DNA of 55,104 nucleotides, taken from NCBI GenBank assembly GCA_020849095.1, contig JADLGX010000374.1:1-55104 (forward strand), written 5' to 3'. This DNA is from Candidatus Eiseniibacteriota bacterium (GTDB lineage: Bacteria > Eisenbacteria > RBG-16-71-46). How positions within the stretch are numbered: position 1 is the stretch's first letter; every line of letters starts with the position of its first letter. The notes beneath the pieces were generated by a model. It saw only the letters and a list, made by a program, of their open reading frames with translations. It had not been told where the DNA came from and ran no database searches. Below are positions 1 to 9,334 of the stretch, piece by piece. A program made the translations under genes and the position numbers.

Positions 1-588
1 ATCACGCCGACCGCGCCGATCAGCTCGTACCCGTTCGCTCCCGATTCGACCTGGCCCTGCATTCGTAATTTGTACACGAACTGGAAGATCGCGCCGGTCT
101 GGGGCAAGTACGGCTTCACCGACGCCTTCAATCCGGTCTTGAATCCCTGGGTGGGTCCGCACGTGCTGGGCATCGATCAGGGCCCCATCGTGCTCATGCT
201 CGAGAACGCGCGCAACGACATGATCTGGGCGCGCTTCATGAAGAACCCCGACGTGCAGCGCGGGCTCACCCTGGCGGGATTCCTGCCGGTCACGGCCGGC
301 TTCGAGGACTCGCAGCCGCGCACCGGCCCCGCCGTGTTCCTCGGCGCCTCGCCGAATCCGTTCCGGGGCTCGACCACGCTGCGCTACCGGCTGCCGTCCG
401 CCGCTCACGTCCGCCTGTCGGTGTTCGACGTGATGGGGCGGCAGGTCGCCACGCTGGTGGACGACGATCGCGCTGCCGGCGAGCACTCGATCTCGATGGA
501 TGCGCGCCATCTGGCCGCCGGCATCTACCTGTATCGCCTGGAGTCGAACGGCACGATCCTTCATTCCAAGGCCATCCTGCTGCAGTGA
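1..588 (+). CDS. Secreted GH144-like endo-beta-1,2-glucanase ('putative glucoamylase' family), 3' part only, with a FlgD-Ig/T9SS-type C-terminal domain
   Basis: Frame 1 is open from the window edge; the 'M' at 70 in the ORF track is a TTG inside the frame. The motif YGFTDAFNP...LGIDQGPIVLMLENARNDMIWARFM is typical of the PF10091/GH144 family. The last ~85 aa (SPNPFRGSTTLRYRLP...AGIYLYRLESNG...) resemble a T9SS type-A/FlgD-Ig sorting domain. TGA stop at 586-588. Confidence 0.8.
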   Translation: MTPTAPISSYPFAPDSTWPCIRNLYTNWKIAPVWGKYGFTDAFNPVLNPWVGPHVLGIDQGPIVLMLENARNDMIWARFMKNPDVQRGLTLAGFLPVTAGFEDSQPRTGPAVFLGASPNPFRGSTTLRYRLPSAAHVRLSVFDVMGRQVATLVDDDRAAGEHSISMDARHLAAGIYLYRLESNGTILHSKAILLQ

Positions 589-628
589 TCCCGGGGCCGC
601 GTGCGCGCGGCGCCCTTCTCGGAGAGTG

Positions 629-3600
629 ATGAGCACATCCAGTCCGGTCACCGTGACCCTTCCGCCCCACGAACTCCTCACGTCCCCGTCGCCGGGCGGC
701 CGTCTGCTGTCCAACGGCCGCTACTCGGTGCTCCTGACCCGCGCCGGCACCGGCGCTTCGGCCTGCGAGGGCTATGCCCTCACGCGCTGGAACGCCGATC
801 GCATCGAAGACCACACGGGCTTTTTCCTGTTCGTTCGTGATACGCAGACGGGGGAGTTCTTCCCGGTCACCGAAGAGCCTGCCGGGGCGTGCGCCGAGGG
901 GCACGAGTTCGCCTTGGCGCCCGGCGTGATCACTCACGTGCGCCGCGGGCAGGGGCTGCAGACGCGGCTCGAGACCTGCGTGTCTTCCGCGCACGACGCC
1001 GAACTGCGCCGTCTCACGATCACCAACACGGGTTCGCAGCCCCGCTCGCTGGACGTGACGTCGTGGGCGGACGTGGTGCTCAACCAGCCGATGGCGGACG
1101 CGTCGCATCCGGCCTTCTCCAAGCTCTTCATCCAGACCGAATGGGCGGCCTCCGACTCCGCGCTGCTCGCGCGCCGGCGCCCGCGCGCGAACGCCGAGAC
1201 CCATCCGTGGCTGGCGCACCTGCTGCTCGAATCCGGTGACACCTCGTACGAGAGCGACCGCGTCCGGTTCATGGGCCGCGGGGGCAGCCCGTCCCGTCCG
1301 GGGGCGATGACGAGGGCCGGCGCGCTGACCGGATCCGCGGGCAATGTCCTCGATCCGGTCGTGAGCCTGCGCCGGGCCGTCCGCCTGGATGCCGGCGAGT
1401 CCGCCGTGCTCACGTTCGCGCTCGCGCTGGCCCCCGATCGTGAGGGCGCGCTGAAGCTGGCGCGCGACCTCCGCCGGGCGGGCGCTTCCGAGGTGTTCGC
1501 CTCGGCCACGAGGCGCGAGCAGGAACTGCAGGCGGCCGGTTCGTTCTCGAATGCCCAGGCCGAGGCGCTCCAGGCGTTCGGCGCCGCGATCGCCTATGGC
1601 TACTCCGGGTTGAGGGCGTCGCGCGCGCAGCAGGCCCGCCAGGTCGCCTGTCCCGGGCTGTCGGCCCGGCTCGGACTGCGCCCGGGTGTGCCCTACGTGC
1701 TCGCCTCGTGCGAGAACGGCAACGCGGCCGCCATGCTGCACGATCTCGAGCGCGCGACCGCCTACTGGGCCGCGCTCGGAATCCCGTGCGAAGCGGCAGG
1801 GCTGCTCGGGGCGGGAGTGAGCGCTCCCGCCGGATCGAGTGTCCGCACGATTTCGGCCGCCGAGCTTTCGCCCGAGGAATGCGATGCGCTCGCCGCGCAT
1901 GCGGCCGCCGTTCTCACCGTTCCGCTCGCCGGCGTCGCCGCCGAACTCGTGGCGCTCGAGCGCGACCGTCCCGGGGCGGCCGTGGTCGCGGTCGCGGCCG
2001 AGCCCGCCGGCGCGGCCGGCGCCGAAGCGCTGCGCGAGTTCAACGGCTTCGGCGGCTTCTCCGCCGACGGCCGCGAGTACGTCGTCCGCATGCCGTTCGA
2101 GCCGGGCGCCGGGCATCGCCGTCCGCCGTTGCCGTGGGTGAACATCATGGCGAACGAACGGTTCGGCTTCCTGGTCAGCGAGACCGGGGCCGGCAGCACG
2201 TGGAACGGCAACAGCCGCGAGCACCGGCTCACGCCCTGGCACAACGATCCCGTGCTCGATCCGCACGGCGAGGCGCTGTACCTGCGCGACGAAGAGACGG
2301 GCGCGTTCTGGTCGCCCACGGCCGGGCCCGCGCCCGCTCCGGCGGACTACGAAATGCGCCACGGTTTCGGCTACAGCACCTCGCGTCACGACAGCCACGG
2401 CCTCGCGCAGGAGGTCACGTACTTCGCGCATGCCACCGAGCCCGTGCGCTTCGCCCGGGTGCGCCTGACCAATCACACGGCGCGCGCCCGCCGGCTGTCG
2501 CTCTTCTGCTACCAGCGCCTCGTGCAGGGCGTGCTCGCCGAGGTGTCGAGCCGCCATGTGGTCACGGCCGAGCTCGAAAAGTGCGGGACCCTGGTGGCGG
2601 TCAATCCCACCGGCGGCGAGTTCGCCGCGGGAATCGCCTTCGCGGCGAGCGCCGCGCCCGAGCAGTCGATCGGGCATCACGTGACCGGCGACCGGGAAGA
2701 GTTCCTCGGCGTCGGCGGCTCTCCGGCACGGCCGGCGGCCGTCGCCGCGGGGCGTGAGCTCGCCGGCAGCTTCGGCGCCGGCCTCGACCCCTGTTTCGCG
2801 GAGCAGGTCGTGCTCGACTTGTCGCCCGGAGAGTCGACCGAGTGCACGTTCCTGTTCGGCGAGGGCGAGTCGCAATCGCACGTGACCTCGCTCGTCGGCC
2901 GCTACGGCACGGCCACGGAGATCGAGACGGCGCTGGCCGACGTGATTCGCTTCTGGAGCGATCTGGTGGAAGGCGTGCAGGTGCGCACTCCTTCGCCCGG
3001 AATCGACCTCATGGTGAACGGGTGGCTCGCCTACCAGACGCTGAGCTGCCGCATCTGGGGCCGGACGGCCTACTACCAGTCGGGCGGCGCGTTCGGCTTT
3101 CGCGACCAGCTGCAGGACGCGGCCTCGCTCCTGCACCTGCGCCCGGACCTGGCCCGGGCGCAGATCGTGCTCAACGCGCGCCATCAGTTCGTCGAGGGCG
3201 ACGTGCTGCACTGGTGGCATCCGCCGCTGTCGAAGGGCATGCGGACGCGTTTCGCCGACGACCTGCTGTGGCTGCCGCTGCTCGCTGCGTACTACATCCA
3301 ATCCACCGGGGACTGGAGCGTGCTGGACGAGAACGCGCGGTTCCTGAAGGCGCCGCCTCTCGCCGAGGGCGAGGACGAGGTGTTTCTTGTTCCGGAGGAC
3401 TCGGGGCAGTCGGCGGACGTCTACGAGCACTGCTGCCGGGCCATCGATCGCTCGCTCGCGGTGGGAGAGCACGGCCTGCCCCTGTTCGGCACCGGCGACT
3501 GGAACGACGGCATGAACCGCGTCGGCCGCGAGGGGCGCGGCGAGAGCGTGTGGATGGGCTTCTTCCTGCACGCGATCCTCGGCGACTTCGCGCCCGTGTG

Positions 3601-4495
3601 CGAACGCCGCGGCGACCACACGCGCGCCGCGCGCTACGCGCGCCACCGGGACTCGCTGCGCGTCGCGCTCAACGACGCCGGCTGGGACGGCGAGTGGTAC
3701 CGCCGCGCCTTCTACGACGACGGCGCGCTGCTCGGCTCGAGCCAGAGCGACGAGTGCCGGATCGACGGGCTCGCCCAGGCGTGGTCGGTGATGTCCAAGG
3801 CCGCGCCGGCCGATCGCGCGCGCCTCGCCATGGACTCGGTCGAAAAGCACCTGGTCTCGGAGAAGGACGGGCTGATCCGGCTGCTGACTCCCGCGTTCCG
3901 CGACACGCCGCACGATCCGGGTTACATCAAGGGGTATGTGGCGGGCGTGCGCGAGAACGGCGGCCAGTACACGCACGGCGTGCTGTGGGTGGTGCGCGCG
4001 ATGGCGGAACTGGGCCGGCGCGATCGTGCTGCGGCGTTGCTCGCCATGCTGAGCCCCGTGAGCCACACCGAGACCGCCGGCCAGGTGGCGCGCTACCAGA
4101 CCGAGCCCTACGTGATCGTGGCCGATGTCTACGGCGAAGAGCCCCACATCGGGCGCGGCGGCTGGACCTGGTACACCGGCTCGGCGGGCTGGATGTTCCG
4201 GATCGCGGTCGAATCGGTGCTCGGCGTGCAGCTTCGCGGGGGAAGCATGCTGGTGGTGAAGCCCTGCGTTCCGGACTCGTGGCCGGGGTTCGAGATGGAC
4301 TACCGCGTGCCCGGTGGCTCCTCGCGGGTCCGGATCCGCGTCCATAACCCGAAGGGCTGCAGCGCTGCCGTCGTGGCCGCCCGGCTGGACGGCGAGCAGC
4401 TGGCGGTCGAGGGGGGCGCGGTCCAGGTGCCCCTGCGGCGCGACGGCCCGGACCGGACGCTCGAGATCGAGCTGGGAAGCGGGAAGGAACGGTGA
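629..4495 (+). CDS. GH94-family glycoside phosphorylase (beta-1,2-oligoglucan phosphorylase, or NdvB C-terminal-like)
   Basis: ATG 629 is preceded by GGAGAG. The ORF is very long with high GC3. Family-typical strings are LSNGRYSVLLTRAGTG, YYQSGGAFGFRDQLQD, VLHWWHPP and GTGDWNDGMNRVG. The antisense 1424-aa ORF is a GC artefact. Confidence 0.9.
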   Translation: MSTSSPVTVTLPPHELLTSPSPGGRLLSNGRYSVLLTRAGTGASACEGYALTRWNADRIEDHTGFFLFVRDTQTGEFFPVTEEPAGACAEGHEFALAPGVITHVRRGQGLQTRLETCVSSAHDAELRRLTITNTGSQPRSLDVTSWADVVLNQPMADASHPAFSKLFIQTEWAASDSALLARRRPRANAETHPWLAHLLLESGDTSYESDRVRFMGRGGSPSRPGAMTRAGALTGSAGNVLDPVVSLRRAVRLDAGESAVLTFALALAPDREGALKLARDLRRAGASEVFASATRREQELQAAGSFSNAQAEALQAFGAAIAYGYSGLRASRAQQARQVACPGLSARLGLRPGVPYVLASCENGNAAAMLHDLERATAYWAALGIPCEAAGLLGAGVSAPAGSSVRTISAAELSPEECDALAAHAAAVLTVPLAGVAAELVALERDRPGAAVVAVAAEPAGAAGAEALREFNGFGGFSADGREYVVRMPFEPGAGHRRPPLPWVNIMANERFGFLVSETGAGSTWNGNSREHRLTPWHNDPVLDPHGEALYLRDEETGAFWSPTAGPAPAPADYEMRHGFGYSTSRHDSHGLAQEVTYFAHATEPVRFARVRLTNHTARARRLSLFCYQRLVQGVLAEVSSRHVVTAELEKCGTLVAVNPTGGEFAAGIAFAASAAPEQSIGHHVTGDREEFLGVGGSPARPAAVAAGRELAGSFGAGLDPCFAEQVVLDLSPGESTECTFLFGEGESQSHVTSLVGRYGTATEIETALADVIRFWSDLVEGVQVRTPSPGIDLMVNGWLAYQTLSCRIWGRTAYYQSGGAFGFRDQLQDAASLLHLRPDLARAQIVLNARHQFVEGDVLHWWHPPLSKGMRTRFADDLLWLPLLAAYYIQSTGDWSVLDENARFLKAPPLAEGEDEVFLVPEDSGQSADVYEHCCRAIDRSLAVGEHGLPLFGTGDWNDGMNRVGREGRGESVWMGFFLHAILGDFAPVCERRGDHTRAARYARHRDSLRVALNDAGWDGEWYRRAFYDDGALLGSSQSDECRIDGLAQAWSVMSKAAPADRARLAMDSVEKHLVSEKDGLIRLLTPAFRDTPHDPGYIKGYVAGVRENGGQYTHGVLWVVRAMAELGRRDRAAALLAMLSPVSHTETAGQVARYQTEPYVIVADVYGEEPHIGRGGWTWYTGSAGWMFRIAVESVLGVQLRGGSMLVVKPCVPDSWPGFEMDYRVPGGSSRVRIRVHNPKGCSAAVVAARLDGEQLAVEGGAVQVPLRRDGPDRTLEIELGSGKER

Positions 4496-4885
4496 GCACG
4501 GACCCTCCGTTCGTTCGGCGGGCGGATGATGCCGGATGCCCGTTCCCGAGCAGGGGTGCGGCATGTAACAGCCGTTCCTGCAGTTTCATCGGGCTTTTCG
4601 TTGACGACATTACAGCCCGCATGTAATCGTTTTCACCCGAGAGCCGAAGGAGCGGGATCGCTCCCGAGAATCCTCCGGTTCCCACGCTTCGCCGACGCAC
4701 GATTCACTCCCCACGCGCATGCGTGAGCCCCCCCTTCGGGAGGGCGCGACTGCGATGAGGAACCGCTCGCGGCCGTATCGAGCGTCGACGAGAAGTCCGC
4801 AGCAGAAGCAGAGAGCCAGAAGCAGGATTCCTCAGGATCAGTCTTGTCGTCCCCAGCCTCACATCTGTCAGGAGGAAACAGAACC

Positions 4886-5716
4886 ATGAAGCGAATCGGT
4901 TACAACAGTCTGGCGTTCCTTGCGACGCTCGCGCTGGCGACCGGTCTTGCCGCGGTGGCTTCCGCGACGACCCCGACTCCCAACGACGTCAAGTTCCAGC
5001 TCAACAACTGGCTGACCTGCCCGGGTTCGCCTGTGACCACGGTCAACAACTACCCTGCGCTCGTCTCCATCGAGCACGGCTTCCTCGTGTGCGATGCGTG
5101 GGCCGAGCAGCACGTGTGGCGTCTGTCGGATGACGGCGGCGCGACCGTCGCTCAGTTCCCGAACAACAGCGCGTTCACGTTCGGTGCCACCCTCACGCTG
5201 ACCGGCTCCAACGCCAACGGCGGCGAGTGCGGCATCAACATCGCACCCTGGTGGGACGGCTCGATGTCCGACGGCCGTATCAACTGTCGCGTTCCGGACG
5301 GTGAGATCGCCTGCTTCGGCGGCCGCATGCCGTTCTACAGCTTCACGGGCGCCGAAGGCATTCACTTCGCGATGAACACGCCCCTGACCCTCCAGATGAC
5401 GTACGCGTCGAACGGGCTCTCGTCGCTGAGCCCCGGCACGATGAAGTACGACCTGGTGTGGCTCGGCGTGCCGTACTCCTCGGGCGTCCTCAACATGGAT
5501 GAAGCCAACCCGGCCGAAGACCCGCCGCACGGCCTCTGGGGCATCCTGAACTACGCGAATGTCGGTGGCTTCCTGCAGGCTCGCATGGACCCGGCCTCCA
5601 TCTCGACCGACCCGGCGCACCTGAAGGCCGAGTGGACGAACGTCGTCTTCACGGGGAACGAAGTCACGCCCGCCACGAAGACCTCGTGGGGCCAGCTGAA
5701 GACGCTGTACCGGTAG
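4886..5716 (+). CDS. Secreted hypothetical protein ending in TSWGQLKTLYR
   Basis: ATG 4886 lies 10 nt after AGGAGG (4870-4875). Signal peptide MKRIGYNSLAFLATLALATGLAAVASA. No family recognised. Followed by an intrinsic terminator. Confidence 0.8.
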   Translation: MKRIGYNSLAFLATLALATGLAAVASATTPTPNDVKFQLNNWLTCPGSPVTTVNNYPALVSIEHGFLVCDAWAEQHVWRLSDDGGATVAQFPNNSAFTFGATLTLTGSNANGGECGINIAPWWDGSMSDGRINCRVPDGEIACFGGRMPFYSFTGAEGIHFAMNTPLTLQMTYASNGLSSLSPGTMKYDLVWLGVPYSSGVLNMDEANPAEDPPHGLWGILNYANVGGFLQARMDPASISTDPAHLKAEWTNVVFTGNEVTPATKTSWGQLKTLYR

Positions 5717-5744
5717 TTCGCCTTTCGCAGTCGCATCACGGCCT

Positions 5745-5785
5745 GGCCGCTCCCGCTCGCGCGGGGGCGGCCTTCGCCTTTTTGC
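5745..5785 (+). terminator. Rho-independent terminator after the secreted hypothetical gene
   Basis: GGCCGCTCCCGC-TCGC-GCGGGGGCGGCC stem (one G.U pair) followed by TTCGCCTTTTTGC. Confidence 0.75.
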
Positions 5786-5859
5786 GCTTCTCGTCCCGGG
5801 CACGGCGTGGCACGGTGCGCCGGGAGCTTCGGGCGTGGCACGATCGGGAGAACGACCAA

Positions 5860-6399
5860 ATGAGCGAAGTGGCGACGCTGGGCGGAGGGTGCTTCTGGTG
5901 CCTCGAGGCGGTGTTCGAGCGCATCGAGGGAGTCGAACGGCTGGTTTCGGGCTTTTCCGGCGGCGACCCCGCGGTCACGGGCTATCGCGAGGTGTGCGAG
6001 GGAACCAGCGGGCATGCCGAGGTGATCCAGGTGACGTTCGACCCAGCACTGCTGCGCTATCGCGAACTGCTCGAGTTCTTCTTCGCGTTCCACGATCCCA
6101 CCACGCTCAACCGGCAGGGCGCCGACGTGGGCACGCAGTACCGCTCCGCCATCTTCACGCACTCGCCGGAGCAGGACACCGCGGCCCGCGCCCTCGTGGC
6201 CGAACTGAACGCCGCCGCGCTTTGGCCGGACCCGATCGTCACCCAGATCGCCCCATTCGAACTGTTCATTCCCGCCGATGCGCACCATCAGGGCTACTAC
6301 GGCCGCAACTCCGGCCAGCCCTACTGCCAGGCGGTGATCGCGCCCAAGGTCGCCAAGCTGCGCGCCTACTACTCCGTCCGGCTCAAGCCGGGAGCATGA
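5860..6399 (+). CDS. msrA: Peptide-methionine (S)-S-oxide reductase
   Basis: N-terminus MSEVATLGGGCFWCLEAVF carries the GCFWC active-site motif, followed by HAEVIQVTFDP and GTQYRSAIF. GGGAG lies upstream of ATG 5860. Confidence 0.95.
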   Translation: MSEVATLGGGCFWCLEAVFERIEGVERLVSGFSGGDPAVTGYREVCEGTSGHAEVIQVTFDPALLRYRELLEFFFAFHDPTTLNRQGADVGTQYRSAIFTHSPEQDTAARALVAELNAAALWPDPIVTQIAPFELFIPADAHHQGYYGRNSGQPYCQAVIAPKVAKLRAYYSVRLKPGA

Positions 6400-7718
6400 G
6401 GACCCTCGCCGTGAAGCGCGCTCTGGTCCCCGCCCTTGTCGGCATCCTGCTTTCGGCAAATGCCCTGCCCGCGAGCGCCGGATTGTCGGCGGCCGAGTCG
6501 CGCGCGGTCGAGTCGGTGGACCGCCACTCCGCGAGGGCGACGGCGCTGCTGCGCCGGCTCGTGGAGCAGAACAGCGGCACGATGAACTTTGCCGGCGTGC
6601 GGGCGGTGGCGGACCTGCTGCGCCCCGAATGGGAGGCGCTGGGCTTTCGCGTGCGCTGGGTGGACGGCGCCGCGTGGGGGCGTGCCGGCCACCTGGTCGC
6701 CGAGCGCGCCGGCCGCGCGAACGCCCCGCATGTGGTGCTGGTGGGGCACCTCGACACGGTGTTCGAGCCCGCGAGCGGTTTTCGGGGCTGGGAGCAGCTG
6801 ACCGACTCCACGGCGCGCGGCCCGGGCATCATCGACATGAAGGGCGGCGACGTCATCCAACTGCTCGCCGTTCGCGCCCTGGCCGATGCCCGGCTGCTCG
6901 ACCGGCTGTCGATCACCGTCGTGCTCACCGGGGACGAGGAACGCTCCGGCTCGCCGCACTCGCTCGCTCGCGCCGACCTGATGCAGGCCGCGCGCGGGGC
7001 CGCCGCGGTGATCGGTTTCGAGGACGGTGACGGCGACGTGCGCCGCGCCGTGATCGCGCGCCGCGGTTCGAGCGGCTGGTCTCTTGCGGTACGAGCCACC
7101 CCGGCGCACAGCTCGCAGATCTTCCGCGACGACATCGGGCACGGCGCCATCTTCGAGGCGGCGCGCATCCTTCAGCAGGTGCGCGACTCGCTCGCGGGCG
7201 AGCCCTACCTCACGTTCAATCCCGGGTTCGTCGTGGGCGGCTCGGATGTCGCGCTCGACGCCGCGGGAGGGGGCGGCTCCGCCCACGGGAAATCAAACGT
7301 CATCGCGGACACGGCGTACGTCGCCGGCGACCTGCGCACGCTCACTCGCGAGCAGCTCGCGCACGCCCGCGCCGTCATGGAGCGCATCGCCTCCCGGCAC
7401 GGCGCGCACGCCCACGCGCGGTTCGAGTTCGACGAGGGCTATCCCATGCTCGCGCCCACCGACGGCAACCGCCGGCTGCTCGCCATGGCGAGCGAGGCCA
7501 GCCTCGACCTGGGCTTCGGGCCGATCGAGGCCGTGGACCCGATGCGCGCGGGAGCGGCCGACGTGTCGTTCGTGGGCGAGATCGCTCCCATGGTGCTCGA
7601 CGCGATGGGGCTCAAGGGGGATGGCGGGCACACGTCGCAGGAGTGGGCCGACCTCCGCTCGCTGCACGTGCAGGCCAAGCGCACGGCTGTGCTTCTGGCG
7701 CGCCTGGCCCGTCGCTGA
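6396..7718 (+). CDS. M20-family metallopeptidase (glutamate carboxypeptidase/CPG2-like), secreted
   Basis: ATG 6396 overlaps the msrA stop (ATGA). Signal peptide MRTLAVKRALVPALVGILLSANALPASA. Motifs GHLDTVFEP, GPGIIDMKGG and LTGDEERSGSP. Confidence 0.9.
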   Translation: MRTLAVKRALVPALVGILLSANALPASAGLSAAESRAVESVDRHSARATALLRRLVEQNSGTMNFAGVRAVADLLRPEWEALGFRVRWVDGAAWGRAGHLVAERAGRANAPHVVLVGHLDTVFEPASGFRGWEQLTDSTARGPGIIDMKGGDVIQLLAVRALADARLLDRLSITVVLTGDEERSGSPHSLARADLMQAARGAAAVIGFEDGDGDVRRAVIARRGSSGWSLAVRATPAHSSQIFRDDIGHGAIFEAARILQQVRDSLAGEPYLTFNPGFVVGGSDVALDAAGGGGSAHGKSNVIADTAYVAGDLRTLTREQLAHARAVMERIASRHGAHAHARFEFDEGYPMLAPTDGNRRLLAMASEASLDLGFGPIEAVDPMRAGAADVSFVGEIAPMVLDAMGLKGDGGHTSQEWADLRSLHVQAKRTAVLLARLARR

Positions 7719-7776
7719 CCGCATCCGGCGGCGCGCGCTGGTCCGGCGTGCGCCGTTGTGCGAGCGTGCGGGCATC

Positions 7777-9138
7777 ATGTCCTTTCATCCTCCGACCCCG
7801 CACGATTTCCGGCGCCTCGCCGCGCTCGCCATTCCCGTGGTGCTCGCCCAGCTGGGGCTGATGGCCATGAGCGTGGTGGACACGCTCATCGTGGGCCGGG
7901 TGTCGCCCGCCGCCCTGGCCGGCGTGGCGCTGGGCAACGTGTACGGATTCTGCGTGGCGGTGTTCGGCATGGGGCTGCTCACCGCGCTCGATCCCGTGGT
8001 GTCGCAGGCGGTCGGGGCGGGGGACGAGCCCGCGATCGCCCGCTCCGTGCAGCGCGGCATCCTGATCTCGCTGGGCATGGGGCTGCTCGCCGGGCTCGTG
8101 TGCCTTCCCGTTCGCGTCCTGCTGACCTCGGCCGGCCAGTACCCCGAGGTCGTGGACGGCGCGGTTGCCTACGTGCTCGCGCAGGCCCCGACCTACTGGG
8201 CGTTCTTCCTGTTCGTCGCGCTGCGCACGTCGCTTCAGGCGGGGCACATCACGCGGCCGATCGTGTGGAGCATCGTGCTCGCGAACGTGTTCAACGGCGT
8301 CGTCTGCTGGGGGCTGGTGTTCGGCAAGTTCGGCACGCCCGCGCTCGGTCCGCTGGGCGCCGGAATCGCGACCGCGCTGGCGCGAGTCTTCATGCTGGGA
8401 ACGCTCGTGGCGTTCGCCTGGCCGCGCGTGAGGCCGTGGCTGCGCTGGACGCCCGAGTCCCTGCAGCTCGCGCCGCTGCGCCGCCTCGTCGCGCTCGGCC
8501 TGCCCATCGCCGCCCAGTACGAACTCGAGTTCGCCATCTTCGCCGCCGTCGCGCTGCTCATGGGCCAGCTGGGACCGGTGCCGGCCGCGGCGCACCAGAT
8601 CGCGCTCAACATCGCCTCGGTCACGTTCATGGTTCCACTCGGAGTCTCCATCGCCGGCTCCGTGCTGGTCGGGCAGGCGATCGGCGCGGGAGACGCCGCC
8701 ACCGCCCGGCGCTCGGCGCTCGCCGCGCTGGCGGCAGGCGTCGGAGTGATGGCGCTGAGCGCGCTCGTGCTGCGGGCGATTCCGCGCCTGCTCGCGCGGG
8801 CCTACTCGCCCGATCTGGAAGTGGTGGCCATGGCCGCGACGCTGATTCCCATCGCGGGCGTCTTCCAGGTGTTCGACGGCACCCAGGTGGTCTCGATCGG
8901 GCTGCTCCGCGGCGTGGGCGACACGCGCTGGCCCATGATCGCCAACTTCATCGGCTACTGGCTCGTGGGGCTGCCGGTCAGTCTCTGGTTCGGCATGCAT
9001 CTGGGGTGGGGGCCGGTCGGGCTGTGGTGGGGGCTCGTCGTGGGTCTGGCGCTGGTGGCGCTGGTGCTGGTGGCGAGGGTGCGTGTGCGGCTGTGGCAGT
9101 CGCTCGTAAGGCTCGACGTCGAGTCCCGCGGGCACTGA
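7777..9138 (+). CDS. MATE-family efflux transporter (NorM/DinF-like)
   Basis: N-terminus MSFHPPTPHDFRRLAALAIPVVLAQLGLMAMSVVDTLIVGR. About 12 hydrophobic helices, and ...GLLRGVGDTRWPMI... typical of MATE. Confidence 0.9.
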   Translation: MSFHPPTPHDFRRLAALAIPVVLAQLGLMAMSVVDTLIVGRVSPAALAGVALGNVYGFCVAVFGMGLLTALDPVVSQAVGAGDEPAIARSVQRGILISLGMGLLAGLVCLPVRVLLTSAGQYPEVVDGAVAYVLAQAPTYWAFFLFVALRTSLQAGHITRPIVWSIVLANVFNGVVCWGLVFGKFGTPALGPLGAGIATALARVFMLGTLVAFAWPRVRPWLRWTPESLQLAPLRRLVALGLPIAAQYELEFAIFAAVALLMGQLGPVPAAAHQIALNIASVTFMVPLGVSIAGSVLVGQAIGAGDAATARRSALAALAAGVGVMALSALVLRAIPRLLARAYSPDLEVVAMAATLIPIAGVFQVFDGTQVVSIGLLRGVGDTRWPMIANFIGYWLVGLPVSLWFGMHLGWGPVGLWWGLVVGLALVALVLVARVRVRLWQSLVRLDVESRGH

Positions 9139-9334
9139 AACACGCTGGAAACCCCCGCGTCCCCGAGATGCGCCTTGCCGTCCTCCCCGGCCGGGGTGCT
9201 ACGATTCCGGCCGCATGAAGCGCGATCCCCGCATGAGCCCGAGCTGTTGTCGTCGTCGTTGGCGAGACGGTCGTCTCCCGGCGGCAGGGCGCTGCGCATG
9301 ATCCACTAGCGCTTCGCACCGCACTTCGGCGAGA

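Noticed and set aside
290-4564. Very long antisense or alternative-frame ORFs. Examples are 290..4564 -, 10541..14887 +, 17230..19677 -, 22712..24811 -, 31129..33639 +, 34516..37800 -, 43939..45234 - and 48705..50084 -.
   Set aside because: Their translations are Arg/Ala/Gly/Pro-rich low-complexity strings with no motifs. Each lies opposite or out of frame to an ORF with clear family signatures and strong GC3 bias. These are typical stop-codon-poor artefacts of high-GC DNA.
4496-5716. Lower-GC stretch as evidence of horizontal acquisition. Hand counts gave about 53-57 % in two 60-nt lines of the 4561-4680 intergenic region and about 60-62 % in the 4886..5716 gene.
   Set aside because: Intergenic DNA is expected to be less GC-rich. 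A hand-counted line of gltA gave a similar 62 %, so the difference from the roughly 68 % counted in a MATE-gene line is not diagnostic without a proper windowed calculation. The duplicated GCATGTAA (4561-4568 and 4619-4626) is too short to interpret.
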